A program made the translations under genes and the position numbers. A stretch of 27,032 bases of DNA from Promethearchaeota archaeon (GTDB lineage Archaea; Asgardarchaeota; Lokiarchaeia; Sigyniarchaeales; SOKP01), in assembly GCA_008080735.1 (NCBI GenBank), contig SHMW01000062.1, forward strand, positions 1 to 27,032. Reading direction: 5' to 3'. The notes below the pieces were generated by a model. That model made no database searches. It saw only the letters and a program-made list of their open reading frames with translations, and was not told the origin of the DNA. This document shows, in pieces, positions 1-9,096 of this stretch; position 1 is the first letter of the stretch, and each line of letters starts with the position of its first letter.

Positions 1-94
1 AAATTATGTCTTTTGTCAGGAACAGAAACCTCAATTTCTCTTTCTTTGTCTTTAAATATCTAAAATCATAAGAATAAAATTTCGCAATGAATTT

Positions 95-703
95 TTAATT
101 TAACTCAAAAAATTTATTTTTTTCTTCCCTCATTTTTTCGCCGTATGCTTTAGCTCGCTCAAAAAGCTCTGGACTGGAAAACTTGAATTGAAAAGTAAAA
201 TCGCGGAAAATCTTTTTAAAAATCTGGGATATGTCTGGCTTTTGATATTCTAACAAAAAAACATAAAGAAAATCTAACTCTTCTCCTATCGAAATTAGGT
301 GTTCTCTTTCACTGTTTACTATTCTATTTAAATCTCCCGTAAAACCTATAAGGACGTACATTATATCTTTTGATAACACCTGTTTAATTTGTTTATATTC
401 CGTTTTCAAATTATCCGAAGATTCTGTGGTTTGCGCTTCGATTAGAAAGCAGATCACATCATAGTTATCTCGTAGACTTCTGTTCTCTAAAAACATATCC
501 CCATTTTCAAAAAACGTTATCTCTATCTTAAAAGGCAAATCCCGATATAAGATGAAAAACTCATATGCTCTCTCATTTACAGATTGTCCTGGAATGAATT
601 GATGATCATTCAGCTGGGATTTTAAGTAATCTCTAAAGATTTCTGCACTAAACTCCTTTAGTCCAATTACCCCGCATCGAAGACTATATACTATTCTTTT
701 CAC
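95..703 (-). CDS. Hypothetical protein, possibly a degenerate Ras-like small-GTPase fold without a P-loop
   Basis: 202 aa. The spacing of predicted strands and helices (LRCGVIG, YDVICFLIE, YVLIG, LYVFLL, terminal helix DISQIFKKIF) parallels small GTPases, but GxxxxGK[ST] and NKxD are absent. Confidence 0.4.
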   Translation of the reverse strand: MKRIVYSLRCGVIGLKEFSAEIFRDYLKSQLNDHQFIPGQSVNERAYEFFILYRDLPFKIEITFFENGDMFLENRSLRDNYDVICFLIEAQTTESSDNLKTEYKQIKQVLSKDIMYVLIGFTGDLNRIVNSEREHLISIGEELDFLYVFLLEYQKPDISQIFKKIFRDFTFQFKFSSPELFERAKAYGEKMREEKNKFFELN

Positions 704-790
704 GAGTTATTCCAAAACAAATAATTACACTTTTTAATTAATTAAGGTAATATTATTTTACTTTAAAATTTCGATCTTTAAGTATTTATT

Positions 791-1726
791 ATGGAAACCA
801 AGGGAAAAATATATCTTCAGCTAACATTGATGATTTTACTCTGGTGTTTATCCTTCATTATGGTTGATATAGGAGTAGATATTATCCCTCCTTTCTCATT
901 AGCATTATATAGATTTATTATTTCATCCTTGGTGTTTTTTTGTATCCGCCTTTATACTCGTATGAAATCGAACTCATCTAAAATTGAGAAGGAGAGAATT
1001 GTGGACCCTTCTATTTCAAAATTAGATTGGTTATACATAATAATTGCAAGCTTTTCTGGCATAACATTATTCTTTTTTACACAATATTCTGCTATACAAA
1101 TAATCGGACCATCCTTGCCTGCATTATTTGTTTGTCTATTAGCACCTGTTATTATTGCGATCCTTGCTTTAGTTGTTTTTAATGAACGAATTAACAAATT
1201 GAAATTAGTCGGATTTACAGTTGCAACTATTGGGGGTTTTTTATTAGTAACCGGTGGTGATATTCAAACTCTAAATCCTAATACCCCAAACTTTTTAGGA
1301 TATTTTTATGCATTGCTAACTCCTCTACTTTGGGCTGTGTATTCCATCATATCTAAAAAAATAACTAAGAAAATAAGTACCATCAAATTTTTAGAAATCA
1401 TCTCGTACTTCGGTACCGTGGAATTATTCTTATTCGTACTATTTACAGGTCAATTTGCTATTTTAATAATAAATTCTCTAAATCCAATATTGATATTGAG
1501 CGGCTTGTATTTAGGTTTTGGGTGTCATATTATCGGATATTACATCTGGACACAATCTCAGCATAAAATTGACTCGTTTAAAGCCGCCTCGTTCTTATAC
1601 ATCGAACCGTTCATAACCCTTATCTTTTCTTTTTTGCTGCAACGGGAAGAAACAATAGTAATCTTAAATATCCTTGGAGGGATTATTGTTCTAATCGGAG
1701 TCATTGTAATTAATTATGAGAGATAA
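791..1726 (+). CDS. DMT/EamA family transporter
   Basis: 311 aa, about 10 TM segments in two repeats. Motifs: LLWCLSF, PPFSLALYRF, LAPVIIAILALVVFNER, YIEPFIT. Confidence 0.9.
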   Translation: METKGKIYLQLTLMILLWCLSFIMVDIGVDIIPPFSLALYRFIISSLVFFCIRLYTRMKSNSSKIEKERIVDPSISKLDWLYIIIASFSGITLFFFTQYSAIQIIGPSLPALFVCLLAPVIIAILALVVFNERINKLKLVGFTVATIGGFLLVTGGDIQTLNPNTPNFLGYFYALLTPLLWAVYSIISKKITKKISTIKFLEIISYFGTVELFLFVLFTGQFAILIINSLNPILILSGLYLGFGCHIIGYYIWTQSQHKIDSFKAASFLYIEPFITLIFSFLLQREETIVILNILGGIIVLIGVIVINYER

Positions 1727-1907
1727 AAAAATGGCTTCATTCTCAATTAGAATTTTAATTGGAGTTCTCTGAATGCTCTATCACCATTTTTAAAATATAG
1801 ATGAAGTATTTTCACACATTTTCATTTACTTTTTAAGATATATAAAAATCTTTCATTGATTTTTGTCGAAAAACAAAAACCTTTTAAAGCCGTTCTATAT
1901 GTTATAT

Positions 1908-1976
1908 TTAGGCATTTAAAAAGGTATAACTAGAAATAAAAAAAAGACTTAAAATTAGGCATAAGGAAATAGGTAT
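1908..1976 (+). promoter_or_regulatory. Candidate operator: four AGGYAT boxes upstream of an RHH-like gene
   Basis: AGGCAT at 1910, AGGTAT at 1922, AGGCAT at 1957, AGGTAT at 1971, forming two TTAGGCAT..AGGTAT units. Confidence 0.35.
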
Positions 1977-1981
1977 TTTAA

Positions 1982-2191
1982 ATGAATGAGGAGAAATTTA
2001 CCATTCAGATTGGGAAAAGGGAATATAAAGTTTTGGAGGAGATCGCACAGCTTTTAGATTTACAAATAAAAGATTTAGTCCGTCTTGCTCTGCAGGAGTT
2101 TTTTGATTTTGTGAATGATGACACTTTTGTTTTCTTAGAATCCGTGGGTTTAGTAGATAAACTGAAAAACGCCTGTTATGACTCAGATTAA
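1982..2191 (+). CDS. Small ribbon-helix-helix (CopG-like) DNA-binding protein
   Basis: N-terminal alternating strand KFTIQI, then helices EYKVLEEIAQLL and IKDLVRLALQEFF. Confidence 0.6.
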   Translation: MNEEKFTIQIGKREYKVLEEIAQLLDLQIKDLVRLALQEFFDFVNDDTFVFLESVGLVDKLKNACYDSD

Positions 2192-2246
2192 TTAAAATCT
2201 AAGATTATTTTTTCTTTCTTATTAGAAGCTATATCTTTGGTGCTCT

Positions 2247-3425
2247 CTATTTATCCTGTACATATTCTGGAATTAATATGACAAAATTTGATCCCTTGGT
2301 ATAATCTTTCTGGATCCTATTTTCCACCCAAATCTCACCGTTAAGAATAGTTACAATTCTTTTAACAAGCGATAATCCAATTCCCATCCCAGTATGCGCT
2401 TGATCCTTCTGACTTTTGACTTTAAAGATATTCTTTTTTTTCTTATCCGGAATTCCAATCCCGTTATCTAAAAACTCGACTTTGATATAATACCTATCGT
2501 TTTGTATTTTCCTGCTTACTCTTATAATAATTTTAACGACTTCTTGGTCATTATATTTTATAGCATTCGTTAATACATTATCAAATAATGCTCCGATTAG
2601 ATTATTAGCGAGCACATAGCATGTATCATTTTCAGTTTTGAGGGCAATTTTTATTTCTCTGGTTAAATAGGTTTTATGGATATATTCAATTGAGGTTGTT
2701 AAATATTCCAAAAGGTCTATTTTTTCAAGAGTCTTGGATTCTTTTTCCAGTTCCAAATATGTAAATACATTTGAAATTACTTTTTTTCCTCGATTTACTT
2801 GATCCAAGATTAGATCACAAAATTCTCCAACTTTTTCATAGCTACTTTTTTCTTTGAGAAAATATGAGCAAAGATGGGTGGAAGATTGGATATTCGAAAA
2901 TATATTATTCATATCATGGATAAACAAATCTCTATAAATTAATCCAATATCTTTAGATGTTTTTCCTTCTATAATCGCACGCTTTAATTTTTGGATTTGA
3001 TTAAATTTTAAAGATTTTGAATTGTCTTTATTCCCGACTAAGCTAAATTCATTCCATACCCATTCTGGAACCTTATTATAAAAGAACATATACACAATAT
3101 TTGGAGAGCAAAAATGGAATTTGATTCTAATTTTTGCAAACTTATCGGAATTTGAACTTTTTATCTCGATTTCTTCTGATATTTGTCTTTTCTTGTCCAA
3201 GCAGCTTTTTAAGCAATTTACTAACGTCATATGGTTTTTATACATTTCAGATGCGAAACATCCACACATATCTTTAATAATACCGTCAGTCACATCAACT
3301 GCATATTGGTTTGCATCTACTAATATAATCTCATCACTAAACCTGATCCAAATCGCTATCGGGATGGGAATTTTATTATACGGATCAAGAAATTGATCCC
3401 AGAGAATTTCGGAAGTATTTAGCAT
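2247..3425 (-). CDS. Soluble sensor histidine kinase with a PAS-like N-terminus
   Basis: H-box DLFIHDMNNIF, N-box NVLTNAIKY, G1 DNGIGI, G2 GMGIGL. Start placed at ATG 3425; the ORF track uses an upstream TTG at 3455. Confidence 0.9.
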   Translation of the reverse strand: MLNTSEILWDQFLDPYNKIPIPIAIWIRFSDEIILVDANQYAVDVTDGIIKDMCGCFASEMYKNHMTLVNCLKSCLDKKRQISEEIEIKSSNSDKFAKIRIKFHFCSPNIVYMFFYNKVPEWVWNEFSLVGNKDNSKSLKFNQIQKLKRAIIEGKTSKDIGLIYRDLFIHDMNNIFSNIQSSTHLCSYFLKEKSSYEKVGEFCDLILDQVNRGKKVISNVFTYLELEKESKTLEKIDLLEYLTTSIEYIHKTYLTREIKIALKTENDTCYVLANNLIGALFDNVLTNAIKYNDQEVVKIIIRVSRKIQNDRYYIKVEFLDNGIGIPDKKKKNIFKVKSQKDQAHTGMGIGLSLVKRIVTILNGEIWVENRIQKDYTKGSNFVILIPEYVQDK

Positions 3426-3520
3426 TATTCTAGTCTTTATAAATTGTAATAACAAATTTATTATGATTCTTCAAATCTTTTGATGTGGAAATCCCTAATT
3501 TTTACTTTTGATTGAAATAC

Positions 3521-3551
3521 TAATTGTGTCACATATGTCCTAATTATGTCC
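3521..3551. promoter_or_regulatory. Phased direct repeats in the divergent promoter between the kinase and RHH genes
   Basis: TAATTGTGTC at 3521 and TAATTATGTC at 3541; TGTC at 3527, 3536 and 3547 (about 10-bp period). Confidence 0.3.
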
Positions 3552-3715
3552 GTATATGAATTAATATTTATAAATCTTCTCCTCTCAGATGCCTCTTTTG
3601 AAATTTTTGTATAAATAGAATAACTAACTCAGTTTCATTGATCTTTTTAATAATGCCATAATTGAGTTAATTATGGTGCATCATACTTAAAAAGGAAAGC
3701 GGAATTTAATACAAT

Positions 3716-3895
3716 ATGCCCCAATATCGAACTGTGAGACTTCCAGAAGAGCTTGTAAAAACTGTGAAAAAAATAATTGAGGAAAAAAAAGAGCTTGGAT
3801 ATAGAAGTCATAGTGAATTCATTATTGATGCGACGAGGAGACGAGTAGAAAAACTCTTAACCACTTCTCAAAATACTTCTGAAGGGGAAAAATAA
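3716..3895 (+). CDS. Ribbon-helix-helix protein, paralog 1 (59 aa, not in ORF track)
   Basis: Translated by hand: MPQYRTVRLPEELVKTVKKIIEEKKELGYRSHSEFIIDATRRRVEKLLTTSQNTSEGEK*. Confidence 0.9.
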   Translation: MPQYRTVRLPEELVKTVKKIIEEKKELGYRSHSEFIIDATRRRVEKLLTTSQNTSEGEK

Positions 3896-4018
3896 AGTCT
3901 TTAGTACCATACTCATAATAGAATCGAATTTAATTTTCATTATTATGGAATTATTCACTCGATTCTGATCAAAAGAATTATTAAAATGCCTATAAATCTA
4001 TTATATTATTAAGTCGTA

Positions 4019-4038
4019 ATTTGACAACCCTGTCAAAT
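4019..4038. promoter_or_regulatory. Perfect inverted repeat, candidate operator
   Basis: ATTTGACA-ACCC-TGTCAAAT between RHH paralogs 1 and 2, followed by a TGCTCATA direct repeat at 4062 and 4076. Confidence 0.4.
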
Positions 4039-4205
4039 ATAAATCAAAAAAATATCACCATTGCTCATACAAGGATGCTCATAGATAACATATTTTTAAA
4101 GTTTAAACATTTTTAATAAAAGATATAGAGCATATAATAAGCATATGTAACCCAAATATATCGCCTCAACTATTAAAAAAAAGAGATTATTATAACATTT
4201 AGGTT

Positions 4206-4376
4206 ATGAAAAAATATCGTACTGTAAGGATTCCGGAAGATCTCGTCGAGTCTATATTGAAAATTATGGATGATCGGAAAGAATTGGGATATAGGTCCCA
4301 TTCCGAATTCATTATTGATGCTGTACGACGTCGGGTAGAAGTATTATTAAAATCCAGAGTGAAAAAACCTTCTTAA
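4206..4376 (+). CDS. Ribbon-helix-helix protein, paralog 2 (56 aa, not in ORF track)
   Basis: Translated by hand: MKKYRTVRIPEDLVESILKIMDDRKELGYRSHSEFIIDAVRRRVEVLLKSRVKKPS*. Confidence 0.9.
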   Translation: MKKYRTVRIPEDLVESILKIMDDRKELGYRSHSEFIIDAVRRRVEVLLKSRVKKPS

Positions 4377-4571
4377 ATCGCTCATAGAATATGATAAATT
4401 CTCTAGTTTTTAAGAATACTCTATTTAATTAAAGATATCTTGTAATTTGGTATTTTTCATTTATATTTCTTTCCAATACATCACCCTTAAATATAAAAAA
4501 CAAGGATATCACTCTAGTATAGACTATGAATAATTAATACTTATTCAAAAAAACCTTCTAAATGAATCATA

Positions 4572-4748
4572 ATGGTTGAGTATAGAACAGTTAGAATCCC
4601 TGAAGAATTAGTACAAACTGTCAAAAAAATAATGAAAAAGAGGGACAATTTAGCTTATCGATCGCATTCTGAGTTTATAATTGATGCCGTTCGACGAAGA
4701 GTTGAAGATCTAATGAATTCAGAATATAACTTAGAGAAGGATCATTAA
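4572..4748 (+). CDS. Ribbon-helix-helix protein, paralog 3 (58 aa, not in ORF track)
   Basis: Translated by hand: MVEYRTVRIPEELVQTVKKIMKKRDNLAYRSHSEFIIDAVRRRVEDLMNSEYNLEKDH*. Confidence 0.9.
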   Translation: MVEYRTVRIPEELVQTVKKIMKKRDNLAYRSHSEFIIDAVRRRVEDLMNSEYNLEKDH

Positions 4749-4887
4749 ATCGTTCTTATTCCATTTTTTCTTAAATTTCAAGATTTCCGTACTTTTTGGT
4801 TAAACCTATTTATTAAGTTATAAATGTATATAGCTTTTTATATCTAAATCGCACATATTATTTACAAATAATTGTTCTTTTTGGAAA

Positions 4888-6546
4888 ATGGAGAATTACT
4901 TTGATATCATAGTCATTGGTGCAGGATTTGGAGGTCCTGTAGCTGCCAAAATCTGTGCTGATGCAGGATTGGATGTCCTTCTGGTTGAGAGAGCGGAAAG
5001 ACCGGGTGAAAAAGTGATTTCTGGGTTGACTATTCCTTTCTACGGGTTCTTATTTGGGCCAGATTTTATACGTGATGGAAATCCCCCTATTGAAAGACCC
5101 GCGGATGGTATCATCAATTACATCATTCTTAATATCGATAAAGAGGAAATTACGATAGATGATTCATTAAAAGTTCCAAAACCTTTTTCCCCAATAATTG
5201 CTTTCGGATACAATGCCTATTGTCAACCTTTTTGTGAATGGGAAACAAATTTAGCTGTAAAATCTGGAGTCAAATTTCTGAATTCCACCACTGTTATTGA
5301 TGTAATTAAAGAAAATGGAAGAATATCTGGAATTATAACAGATAAAGGGGAAAAATTTCACTGCAAACTCATTATTGACGCTGAAGGCTCTCAAGGATTA
5401 TTAGCGGTGAAGGCGGGAGTGCGCAAAAAATATCCTCCAGAGATGATTTCCCTGGCCGACACCTATGACTATACAATGTCCAAAAAATTGCTGGATAAAA
5501 TTTTTGGTTATTCGGTTCGATTTTGCTGGGGATGGGACGAACAAAAAGTTGCACCTCCTTTGGGATACGGAAACGGATTAATGGTGTGGCCATATAGGGA
5601 AAGTATCCATTTTATCCAAGATCAATGCTTAGTTTTGGAAGATAATAAAGTTCCCAATCTTAGAAAACTGTTCCAAATTTATCATAAAAATATTACCTCC
5701 AAATTGCCGTTTTGGAAGAATTATGTGACACCGCATGCGAACTTGAGGGCGAAAATGTTTCAAGGATTTGAAATATTTGTGGGCTTAGATGAAGAATTAC
5801 GAGCTATGCCGAATTACGCGGATGGAATGATTTTGATCGGGGATGCTGCAGGTTTAGAAAGTACCGAATTATGTGATGGAGTACCGAGTGCATGGTTTTC
5901 TGCAGAAATCGCAGCCAAGGTTGCGATAGCTGCAATCAAGAAAAAAGATAGTTCAAAATCTTTTCTGAAACGTTATGATGCACAGATACGATCTCATCCC
6001 ATAATTCAATGGTCTATTTCGGGAAGAAATCGCCATGATCTACGATATGCACAAAAAAGTCATGATCAAAAGCAATTAGAAGCATTTGTACATGAGGGAT
6101 GGGGTTTGGGAGCTCTGACACATTTTACATCACCTCTTATAAAACAAATCTCTGAAATAATTAGCAATGATCCTTCGATTGTTAAAAAATGGATAAAGAT
6201 GTATTTTAGATACTTTCAAAACTATCTTTATAACGATTATGGTTTATTTATCTCTGAAACTCGCTTGCAAAAGATTCGGAAAAACAGAAATATACGCCAT
6301 GAAATCTTTTTTGTGATTTTTCTTGCATTTCTGGATTTTATGGTAAAAAGTTCAATTTGGTTTCTTAAACGCATAAAAAGGATTCTACCTTCATCAGATT
6401 TTCTTAATCCATTTGTAAAAAAGATATTACCCTCAATTGAACCAATTTATTCAAAATTAATGGCGCTTTTAGAACCAATATTAGACAAAGTTAGTAAAAA
6501 ATTAATCAGATTTACTCAGTATGCTCATCCCCATTTATTCACATAG
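4888..6546 (+). CDS. FAD-dependent oxidoreductase, FixC / geranylgeranyl-reductase superfamily
   Basis: Rossmann motif DIIVIGAGFGG, ERAERPGEKVISG (FixC-like), IIDAEG, LIGDAAG; long C-terminal extension with a hydrophobic segment; adjacent FixX-like ferredoxin. Confidence 0.8.
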   Translation: MENYFDIIVIGAGFGGPVAAKICADAGLDVLLVERAERPGEKVISGLTIPFYGFLFGPDFIRDGNPPIERPADGIINYIILNIDKEEITIDDSLKVPKPFSPIIAFGYNAYCQPFCEWETNLAVKSGVKFLNSTTVIDVIKENGRISGIITDKGEKFHCKLIIDAEGSQGLLAVKAGVRKKYPPEMISLADTYDYTMSKKLLDKIFGYSVRFCWGWDEQKVAPPLGYGNGLMVWPYRESIHFIQDQCLVLEDNKVPNLRKLFQIYHKNITSKLPFWKNYVTPHANLRAKMFQGFEIFVGLDEELRAMPNYADGMILIGDAAGLESTELCDGVPSAWFSAEIAAKVAIAAIKKKDSSKSFLKRYDAQIRSHPIIQWSISGRNRHDLRYAQKSHDQKQLEAFVHEGWGLGALTHFTSPLIKQISEIISNDPSIVKKWIKMYFRYFQNYLYNDYGLFISETRLQKIRKNRNIRHEIFFVIFLAFLDFMVKSSIWFLKRIKRILPSSDFLNPFVKKILPSIEPIYSKLMALLEPILDKVSKKLIRFTQYAHPHLFT

Positions 6547-6563
6547 GAGAATGTTAAAAAGAA

Positions 6564-6833
6564 ATGGAAAAAAAATATAAAGAATTTCCGGGAGTTCATT
6601 GGGTTCCAGCACCAGAAGATTTTATCTCAATTGAAAAAGACTTATGTAATGGATGTGCTGCGTGCTTAAAGGTGTGTTTGGCTAATTGTTTTGAACTTAA
6701 AAATGGAAAAGCGAAAATCAAGAGTTTAGAAAAATGTATGGAATGTAGTTCATGTTGGTATATATGTCCCACAGAAGCAATAAATTTTACTTATCCTGCG
6801 GGAGGTACAGGGTTTAAAACGAATTTCGGGTGA
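6564..6833 (+). CDS. FixX-like 2x[4Fe-4S] ferredoxin
   Basis: CNGCAACLKVC and CMECSSCWYICP; FixX-type tail YPAGGTGFKTNFG; starts 17 nt after the flavoprotein gene. Confidence 0.85.
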   Translation: MEKKYKEFPGVHWVPAPEDFISIEKDLCNGCAACLKVCLANCFELKNGKAKIKSLEKCMECSSCWYICPTEAINFTYPAGGTGFKTNFG

Positions 6834-6980
6834 ATTGACACTCTAATTGATTTTGAATTATCAGAAATATTGAATCTATTTTTGAAATGGTTTAGAAATA
6901 TTAAATATGGTTCATTTTATCATGCAGACTTATTGTTTAAATAAACTAATTATACGGGTGAATTATTACTCTTTTGAATT

Positions 6981-7427
6981 ATGATTGCTCATACTCTCAT
7001 CATAGAAGTGTTTGTGAAATCTGACGAAGATATTAAACATATTCGCAATAAATTTATTCAGTTGATACCATTTGACCTGGAAGAGGAAGAAATAGATCTC
7101 ACTGAAGAAAATGCTATCGGGTTTAATCAAGAAAGAATCAAAATTTTACGGGTGATTTTGTCAAAACAAAGGCATATTAATGCTTTCTTAAAAGAGATGG
7201 TAAAGAAATTACATGATCAGACTAAAAACATTATTTTAGCTCAAGCTGAGCGTAGATTTGATGAGAATCTTAATTTCTTTCTACGATTTGATAAATATAA
7301 CCTATTAAATAAAAAGCAATTTCAGTTGATCGAGCGGGGAGATTGTATTTTTGTAAAATTTAAAATTGCTGCGTTTCCTAAAAACAAGGAAAGAGCAATA
7401 AAAATTATACACGAGCTATTTGAATAG
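6981..7427 (+). CDS. Archaeal predicted RNA-binding protein (DUF54 / RNA_binding family)
   Basis: Motifs EVFVKSDED, GFNQERIKIL, FFLRFDK, GDCIFVKFKIAAFP. Confidence 0.75.
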   Translation: MIAHTLIIEVFVKSDEDIKHIRNKFIQLIPFDLEEEEIDLTEENAIGFNQERIKILRVILSKQRHINAFLKEMVKKLHDQTKNIILAQAERRFDENLNFFLRFDKYNLLNKKQFQLIERGDCIFVKFKIAAFPKNKERAIKIIHELFE

Positions 7428-7501
7428 AAATTATTTCTCTTACTATCACGGAATTGTCTTTTAGAATACTTTATAAAATCAGATTTGTATATAATATTCA
7501 G

Positions 7502-7555
7502 TTAATAACATAAATTATTTGTAAATTTACTATACATATTTTAATAACATAAATT
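7502..7555. repeat. 15-bp direct repeat enclosing a palindrome, candidate operator
   Basis: TTAATAACATAAATT at 7502 and 7541; palindrome GTAAATTTAC at 7521-7530. Confidence 0.45.
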
Positions 7556-7572
7556 TTAGATGAGAAATCAAA

Positions 7573-8058
7573 ATGGTTCGATATATACGAAAGGGAAAAA
7601 AGACTCATGCGAAGGATGAAAACTTTGACCAAGATAATGTAGGTGAAGAAAAAGAACGCTTCCAAGTTAGTATTGACTTGATCTCACTTAAAACTCTTAC
7701 AGATGAAGATATCGGATTTACTGGAGAGTTTTATTTTAAAACAGATGGGCCAGGAAATGTGTTTAAATCAAGATTTCCTCATTCTGGTGAGATTAAACTC
7801 GCAAAAAATCAAACATTTACTTCTAAAGCAGATATGAATGTATGGAGTCAATTCGAAACAATCAGACGTGGAGAAGATTCTTCAATAACGGTAAAAGTAG
7901 AATTGAGAGAAAAGGATCCCCTTATAAAAGATGAAGTTATAGCCGAGCAAGAGATTACAATTGATTTACCACAAAAGACGAAATACATCATCCTACAAGA
8001 CAAAGATGAGCAAACCAAAGCAAAATTAAGGATTCAATCTACACGGACTCGATATTGA
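7573..8058 (+). CDS. Hypothetical all-beta protein, C2-domain-like
   Basis: DEDIGFTGEFYFK and VKVELREKDPLIKDEVIAEQEI resemble the two acidic loop regions of C2 domains. Confidence 0.45.
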   Translation: MVRYIRKGKKTHAKDENFDQDNVGEEKERFQVSIDLISLKTLTDEDIGFTGEFYFKTDGPGNVFKSRFPHSGEIKLAKNQTFTSKADMNVWSQFETIRRGEDSSITVKVELREKDPLIKDEVIAEQEITIDLPQKTKYIILQDKDEQTKAKLRIQSTRTRY

Positions 8059-8117
8059 GTCAAATACCAACAAATCAGTTTTACCTATTTTTCTTTTAGT
8101 TTTTTACCATTTTTCTC

Positions 8118-8155
8118 GCAGAAAACCATGTCCTTTAGGGCATGGATGAAGGCGG
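8118..8155 (+). repeat. IS200/IS605-type subterminal hairpin end, copy A
   Basis: Stem-loop CCATGTCC-TTTA-GGGCATGG at 8126-8145, flanked by AGAAAA and GATGAA. Confidence 0.75.
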
Positions 8156-8218
8156 TGTAAAAATCACTAAACTCAAGCAAGTATACCCTTTTTATCCCAT
8201 CTCATATATTCATCTATA

Positions 8219-8278
8219 ATGGAATATCGAAGAGAGCCCCATAGGGTCTTTTCCCTCATGCATAATATCTTTATTTGA
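8219..8278 (+). pseudogene. tnpA: IS200-type Y1 transposase N-terminal remnant
   Basis: MEYRREPHRVFSLMHNIFI* resembles TnpA N-termini (YR..H.V+.L.YH) and lies just inside the hairpin end. Confidence 0.6.
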
Positions 8279-8890
8279 TAATTTTAAGCATTTTAAAGAA
8301 AATTGGTATATTCAAGATACTTTTCGATAACCATGATTTTTTTTTCTTTATCTTTTGATATCCAAGCTTTTCATAAAGTTTAATTGCCTTAATATTTCTT
8401 TTTGAGACATAGAGCGAGATTTTATCAAATTTTTTAGCTCTCGCTTGGTTTTCGGCATAGTTCAATAATCTCGTTCCAAGACCCAATCCCCGAAATTCTT
8501 TTTTAATACTAATAGTATCAATATATAATTCATTTTCTAATAATTCATGAGCGGATAACGCCTCTAACATAATTCCTACTCTCAAATTCTTGAAGAAACT
8601 AAGATATTTTCGTAATATTTTCCATTGCAGATCGTCCAATACTTTTTGTTTAATTTGTAATTCTCTATACATCAGAGAGAGCGTGCCAACCACATTAAAT
8701 TCGGTATTTTTGGGGATTAATGCTAGATAACAACCCTCTAATATGCCCAGTTGATTTTTCTGTAATAATAATAAATTTTTCAATATTAAACAAGATCCAT
8801 CAAACGACAATCCTTTAAATATTGCAGCAAACTTATCATTAAAACTTGAAATAAGAATTTGAACAAAAGAATCTAAATATTTCTCCTCTG
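8271..8890 (-). CDS. GNAT acetyltransferase, probably 5'-truncated
   Basis: LYIDTISIKKEFRGLGLGTRLL and NIKAIKLYEKLGY. The frame stays open upstream of TTG 8810 (EEKYLDSFVQILISSFNDKFAAIF) into the tnpB remnant with no start codon. Confidence 0.8.
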
Positions 8891-9096
8891 AGTGGCGTAT
8901 TCCACGATCTCGTGTGCCACCTTATGGAGTAAGCGGTCTTGTATTTATGGAGCCTTCCCAGTGAAAGCGGCTTGAAAGCGAGATACCACCGTACGCACTT
9001 TACATACAGGTCTAAATCCCGGTTAAGCTTCAAGAGCTTTCCCTTATTCGGGTTGAAAACCTTTCCTATGACCGTAAGCTGTAATGTAGAGTGCAT
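8888..9096 (-). pseudogene. tnpB: TnpB / Cas12f-like nuclease remnant, internally deleted and frameshifted
   Basis: N-terminus LTVIGKVFNPNKGKLLKLNRDLDLYVKCVRWYL; a second frame reads LLHKVAHEIVEYATQ (8888-8932), a typical TnpB helix; no RuvC catalytic motifs or Zn finger remain. Confidence 0.7.

Noticed and set aside
1-94. Possible gene start running off the left edge
   Set aside because: Too little sequence is available to support a call.
3716-4748. Recurring nucleotide motif GAATTCATTATTGATGC as a CRISPR or DNA repeat
   Set aside because: The copies are in-frame parts of paralogous RHH genes with synonymous variation, and their spacing is hundreds of bases.
8126-8145. Hairpin as a simple intrinsic terminator
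   Set aside because: It has no following U-tract, has a related inverted copy at 9195-9214, and adjoins transposase remnants.
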